NCBI GenBank assembly: GCA_037447605.1
Contig: JBBHKD010000016.1
Coordinates: 1 to 41,705 of the forward strand
DNA length: 41,705 nucleotides
Direction: 5' to 3'
Origin: Zygnema circumcarinatum SAG 698-1b
Taxonomy: Eukaryota; Plantae; Zygnematophyceae
Part shown: piece after piece, positions 35,916 to 41,705 of the stretch
Layout: each line of letters starts with the position of its first letter
Numbering within the stretch: the stretch's first letter is position 1
The notes under the pieces: generated by a model
What the model saw: the letters and a program-made list of their open reading frames with translations, nothing else
Database searches by the model: none
Told to the model about the DNA's origin: nothing
Made by a program: the position numbers and the translations under genes

Positions 35916-38900
35916 CTTCTTCGATCTTTGTAATCGGGATCCTCCATGTACCGGCTGGCCGTACTCACTGCTTTAGCAAGATCCGGTCGAGTCCCAATCA
36001 TAAGGTACATCAGGCTGCCAATCGTAGACCTGTACGGAATCCCCGCCATCTCCTTCTTCTCCGCTCCCGTCCGAGGACCCATGTCCTGACTCAGCGGCGT
36101 ACTCCCGTCCATGGGAGAGGAGCTGGGCTTACATTTGTCCATTCTGAAGCGTGCTAGGACCTCCCTAGCGTACTTCTCCTGGCTTAGGAACATGCTGCCG
36201 TCCTTCCCCCTCTTAAGCTGAATTCCTAAGAGGTATTCTGCAGGTCCAAGATCGCTCATCTGAAAATTCTGCCTCAACAGGTCCTTGAGACCCTGAATGC
36301 TCACCATGGAGGCGCTCACAATGATCAGGTCATCGACGTAGATCCCGACGAACATTTGAGCCGCTCCTTCGCCCTTCTTGTAGACCGAATGGTTTGCCTC
36401 GAAGCGTGTGAAGTCATTCTTTAGAAGCAAGTCGTGTATCCTTTGATACCAGATCCTTGGAGCTTGCTTGAGTCCGTAGAGACTCTTCACAAGTCTGCAG
36501 CTAAGGTGCTCGGTTCCTGGTTCAACCGTCCCCTCCGGCTGTTGCATGTAGATCTCCTCCTCCAAATTCCCATAGAGGAAGGCAGTCTTGATGTCCAGTT
36601 GATGGGCATGCATTCCTTCGTCAGCCGCTATAGAAATCAGTGACCGTAGAGAGTTGAACTTGACGACGGGTGCGAATGTTTCTGAGTAGTCTATCCCGTA
36701 CTTCTGCGAGAAACCTTTCGCCACTAACCTCGCCTTATATCTGTCCACACTTCCGTCTGATTTCCTCTTGACTTTGAAGACCCACTTACAGCCTATGGCC
36801 TTGCGGCCTGGAGGTAGTGGCTCTAATCGCCACGTTCCGTTCTCCATGAGGCTGTCGAGTTCACTCTTGATGGCCACCTTCCACTTGGCTGCGTCTGCGC
36901 ACTCCAACGCTTCAAAGTACGTTTGCGGCTCTCCTTTGTGTGCCATCAAGCAGATCGCCATTCCCGCAAAATCGGCAGAGTCGAGGGGAACTCTCTCTTC
37001 AGGTTCCTCACTCCTTATCGTCGGCATCTTCAGAGGTCCTCCTCTCCCATACCAATCTGGTTGTCGCCTATTTCTAAGCGGTGGTTTCGTGTCGTAGTTC
37101 GGCGTGAACCCTTTAGCATTGGCATACAGGGGTGGATCCATACCATGACGCGGTATCCAGGGACGCGGTGCCGATGCCTCAATCGCTTCTTCCTCCGTGG
37201 ATTCTTGCTCAAAGTTGTCTTCTTCGGGCTCTTCTCCTCCGTGCAGCTCCTCTTGAGGTGTCGAGGAGGGTCGTTGCAGCGCCTCCGGGCGCTGAGGGAA
37301 TTCTTCTTGCGACTCCATTGTCGCTGGGGACAAGGGGGCCTCGGTAGGGGGTGGTAGCATCTCACTTCCTATGACGTCCCGCACTGGTAAGAACTCAATG
37401 TCGGGAAGTTGCTCCACGCTCGTCTGCACCTTCTGCTCCACCTTGGTGTTCTCATCGACTGTAAGGTCACGACTGCTCATGACCTTCTGAGTGGAGGGAT
37501 TCCATACTCGATACGTCAAGCTATCGATATTGTAGCCGAAGAAGTATCCAAACTCTCCTCGTGGACTAAACTTCGTCTCCAGCTTGGTCTTTGGAATCGC
37601 TATCCAGCACTTTGAGCCCCAGACTCTAAGATGCTGAACGGTAGGCTTGTTGCCACTCCACATCTCCTCAGGTACTCTACACTCATCTTTCAGGGCATTG
37701 GAGGGGCATCTATTCCGGATGTAAGCCGCAGTGAGGATTGCCTCTCCCCAAAAGTCTAAAGAGAAGGGAGACTCACTCAGCATGGCCCGTGCCATATCGC
37801 CTAGGGTGCGGTTCACTCTCTCAGCAGCTCCGTTGCTCTGAGGGCTGTAGGGCGCGGTGAACTCGTGTCTGATCCCTAGTGACTGAAGGTACTCAAAGAA
37901 TTGGAGGGACCTGTATTCTCCTCCATTGTCCGTTCGGATCCTCTGAACCTTCTCTCCGGTTTGCCTTTCTACCTCTTTCTGCCAGGTCCAAAAGGTCTCA
38001 AACGCCTCACTCTTGTACTTCAGTAGCACAACCCATATCTTCCTTGAGTAATCATCAAGAAAGGTGATGAAGTACCTTGCACCGCCCTTTGACGTGGGAG
38101 TGATCGGTCCGCACAGATCACTGTGCACCAACTCCAACCGTTTGGACGCGCGATGCTTGTCCGCTCCAAAGCTCTTGAAAGGGTGACGGTGTATCTTGCC
38201 CGCCGCGCAGTTGGGGCAGACAGCTTCTGGTGTGGAGAACTTCGCAGCGGGGAGTCCTCGAACCAGGTTCTGGGTCGCAAGGGCCTCCAGGCCGCTATAC
38301 GACAAATGACCAAGTCGGCGGTGCCACAGATGCGCCGCGTCTGAAGACTCCTGTACGGATTCCTTTTCTTCAATGAAGCCGGTCTCCGTACTCTTCTGAT
38401 GATTTCGACTTGTCATGTCACGGCGAGTCGATTTGGAACTTTGTGCCTTGTCACGGGTTCTGTCCGATGCCGTACCGTCGCGAACTCCACTTTTCGGGTT
38501 CGCCACCCTACGGTCCTTGAGCGCGCTGTCGTTAGCGCGCGCGGCCCCGCCTTCGCGCTCCCTCCCCGAGGTGGGCGCGGCTCCTCTGTTGCTGCTCCTC
38601 CTGTCGTGAGCAGGCTCGTGGACGCGTATCCCGCTTTCTGGGCGTCCCCTAGCGTGATTCGTCTCCCCACCTTCACGCGCTCCCTTGCGCATGGANNNNN
38701 NNNNNGACTCCTGCCTGAAGACACCCTCGTATCCGCCCTTGCAGATCTGACTAACCGAAAAGAAGTTATTCTTAAGGGTTGGGGTATGTAGTACACTACC
38801 GATTCTGAATTGGGAAGCTGTCCCTACCCCTATGGGTGACAACTGGACGACTCCACCGTGGGTGACGGAGACCTCGTCTCCGGTTGCTGATGTCACAGAT

Positions 38901-39060
38901 CGTGACTGGTCGAGCAACGTCATCTCTGTGAAGAGAGACTTATCACCACACATATGTTTGGAGGCACCTGAGTCTATGAGCCACGGTGAAAGATCAGCTT
39001 TATTCATAAAGATCTGATTTACATATTCAACGGGCTTGGCATCACTAGCCATATGACTTG
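35916..39060 (-). CDS. pol: Copia C Pol: PR, GAG-pre-integrase, integrase, RT; truncated in RNase H
   Basis: WLIDSGASKHM; LWHRRLGHLS; ELVHSDLCGP...RTDNGGEY...QSNGAAER; YVDDLII. Confidence 0.95.
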
Positions 39061-39925
39061 CCTCTGCTTGAGCCGCTACTGACCCTGGACAGTTGCGGGC
39101 TAGGTGACCCGGCTTCTGACACTCAAAAGCATGGCATCTCCTTGCCTTTCTTCTTGTCGCCTTGAGGAGCGTTGTTGGGGCGTCCTCCGCCCTGGGCTGC
39201 CTTCTTCGTGCGACAATCGGCTTCGAGATGTCCCTTCCGCTTGCAGTAGTTGCAGAAAGTTCCTGGTGCGCCACCTCTCTTCTGGGCGTTCCGTTGTTCG
39301 ACCACCATGACGTCCTCGGGACTCGACTTCTTCGGTCCCTTCATTGCGCTCTCTTCTGCTCTCACCCGCATCTGAACCTCCTCGAGGGTGAGCGAGTTCT
39401 TAACGAGCAGGGTCTTCAGCGAATTGATCGTTGGCGCAAAGCGGGCTGGCAGACCTCTCAGGAAGCTGACGATCTGCTGGTCGTTGTCGATTGCCTTGGC
39501 GACAATGACGAACTTGTCCATCAGCTCGCTGAACCTGATGACGTAGGATGTCAGTTCCTCGGTCTGACCCATCTTCATTTGCACCAATTCATCGTAGAGC
39601 TCGAACTTCACGTTCGTGTCGATGATGTCATAGATGGCTGTGAGCTTCTGCCACATCTCTCAGGCAGTCTGAAGCTCGCGCAGCATCTTTGCCGGATTCC
39701 CCTTGACGCTTGAGGATATGAGCATCCTCACTTGAACGTCCTTCTTCCACCACGTCGTCTGCTCCAGCTCGTCCGGAGACAGGGTGGTGTAGTTGGCAGG
39801 TGGTGTGATCGTCCCGTTGACGTACTTCAGCCGTCCCTTGCTCTGGAGTAAGGTTGTCAACTGCCACCTCCAAACCTTGTAGTCAGTTCCCTTAAAGATA
39901 GGGATGGTATGCCGTATATCACCAT
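39061..39925 (-). pseudogene. gag: Copia C Gag with two CCHC knuckles (small indels)
   Basis: FKGTDYKVWRWQL...; MWQKLTAIY...FLRGLPARF; CNYCKRKGHLEADC and (C)FECQKPGHLARNC. Confidence 0.88.
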
Positions 39926-39927
39926 CA

Positions 39928-39939
39928 GCTCTGATACCA
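39928..39939 (-). promoter_or_regulatory. PBS (tRNA-iMet) of C
   Basis: Exact TGGTATCAGAGC on minus. Confidence 0.9.
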
Positions 39940-39941
39940 CT

Positions 39942-40078
39942 TGTTGAGGATGATGTGTCATACACCGAACCTCCTCTCGTCGTGTCTTCACTCCCATCTG
40001 TCGCGGCCATGCTGACTGTCGATCGCCAAGCAGGAACTGTGTGACAAAATGTAGGAGAAAAGCCCACTGGCCAAAAAA
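39942..40078 (-). repeat. 5' LTR of C, U5 end, interrupted by B
   Basis: Matches 30561-30697 up to the B junction. Confidence 0.9.
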
Positions 40079-41705
40079 TGTTGGTGTGAGGGGGCAGGAG
40101 AGACTAGTGGAAGGATAAAACATGCTTGAGTGAACACTCCAAAACGTCTTCCACATCTACTTAGGCCACATACCGCATCCGCCACAGTATGCCTTCTCTT
40201 CCTCCCCTCACCAGGTGCGCACAGCGGAAAACAAAACGCGCCACCTACAAGAACACTTCTTCATCTCTTCATGGTCTCGGCTCTTCAGCTCACGCTTCCT
40301 CCACGGTTCTTAATGTGATGCGTACACACCGCCATAAGCAATGTCGCCTCCACTCATCCATCACCAATCCAACACAAGGACCTCACATGTGACCTAACAA
40401 TGACACAAGTATAAGGAGAAAGCCCCGCCCTAAACTCCTTAACATTCATAGTGTAATAAGCCTCTTAGAAATCTACATATAACCTTATGCCCGGATTCCT
40501 CCTCTCATGAGCACGACCCTATCCACTGATAGGCAGCTTACACCCCAACTGTAGTAGCTAAGCACTATATGCTTGCTGGAACTTCTCTCACCTCAACACG
40601 AGGGACACATCTCTAACTCTTTCACTAGAGCAACTATGATGAGAGATGTTCTTCACGACCCCCCAAGTACACAAGGCCGGACTCAAGGCTCCTGCCTCTC
40701 ATGCCCCCTTCTTCCTACCAATGTAGGGGCTAAGCCAGCGGCATAATCGCTCCGGAAAGTGAGTGAGTATGAGCGGTGGGAGTAGGGAAGCCGCTGTTCT
40801 CATATGCTCATGGCGGCCTTTGTCACGCGGACGCCGCTATGTCACGGCCACCATGCAGCGCCTTGCAAGGGCCTGCATCCTGATCTTAATCGTGCCCGGC
40901 CGGATCCTCCTTGGCTCACACGGATCCGCCTCCTCGCCCCCGCCGGATCCGCAACTCTCGCCTCATCTTGATCCCCGCCCCCGCACCTGCACTTCCATCT
41001 GACTCCCCTCACTCAACTCAGCTGCATGTGGGACCCCGTAGGCTTCCACGGGTCGCCACCCCCACTCCAGTCTCTACAGGCCTTACTCCCGGACCCGACA
41101 CGTGGCGCCTTCCACTCAAGCATCGCCCTCCACTACATGAGACACAATCGCTGATGCAGCGCCTCCTCACTCCTGATTCACCGCGCCGCACATTCTGACG
41201 CCGCTGCCTTGTCACTTCGGCCTCCGCCGCTGCCGCGCCACGCCACTCCTGACTCGGGCCATGCTGTGCCTTGCCAGCACCACTAAAATCCGTGACTTCG
41301 AAAGGACATACCTAATCAGCGCGAAATGTCCCAAGTAAGGAGATTGCGCCGCTGACCGGTGACTTCCGGCGCGAGCCAATCATGCGTGTCGCTTAGTGCA
41401 GATCCGCCTTTCGTACCAAAGACCTCCGCTGGAACATTTCAAGGCCGTCTGTACAGCCGCGCTGGCCAGTCCGCATAGCTGCGCCCGTATCTCACCACGC
41501 GCGCATCCAGCGCATCTCTTTGTACGTAAGGCTCCAAGCCTAAGCCGTGAATCTACACCCTTGTGACCTTCCTTTCTTTTAGACCTCTTCCTCGCGACAT
41601 TGCCCTAAATACCTCTACATCCCCATGTTTGGTCCTATAATACCAAACATGACCATTCATGCATGACATTTCTTGCCCCTACATCAACACATGATCTCCT
41701 GGATA
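40079..41705 (-). repeat. B-family LTR (3' or solo) inserted in the C 5' LTR, running off the window
   Basis: Starts TGTTGGTGTGAGGGGGC; collinear with 34299-35870. Confidence 0.87.

Larger units (their letters stand above)
30561..40078 (-). mobile_element. Ty1/Copia element C inserted in D gag, itself interrupted by two B insertions
   Basis: LTR ends TGTTGAGGATG at 30561 and 39942 (137 bp with 2 mismatches); PBS 39928-39939; gag-pol 35916-39925. Confidence 0.85.

Overview
Eukaryotic heterochromatin-type window made almost entirely of nested LTR retrotransposons. I found no host gene, RNA gene or CRISPR array. Family letters below are my own labels. Reconstructed order: Ty3/Gypsy A (+, 1-3532) and a second A LTR (3579-4315); a Gypsy protease fragment H (-), hit by Copia B and Copia E'. 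E' in turn carries a full-length Copia E in its LTR (5647-11871, TSD AATTC), a full-length chromovirus F in its RNase H (13097-20274) and chromovirus G in its RT (21370-26273). A third chromovirus D (-, 26499-30560) carries a hAT-type MITE (8-bp TSD), a B LTR and Copia C (30561-40078), and C is itself hit twice by B. The most interesting signals are (1) a ~170-aa extra domain between Gag and protease in chromoviruses F, G and D that resembles a catalytically altered Dam-like N6-adenine methyltransferase fold, and (2) a conserved -1 frameshift signal (G_GAA_AAC plus hairpin) that would express it. Nine 10-N gaps hide sequence of unknown, sometimes kb-scale, length. Several patches are indel-rich in a way that suggests consensus errors, so many frameshifts may be artefacts. 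The host cannot be identified from sequence alone; an alga or early-diverging plant is a guess.
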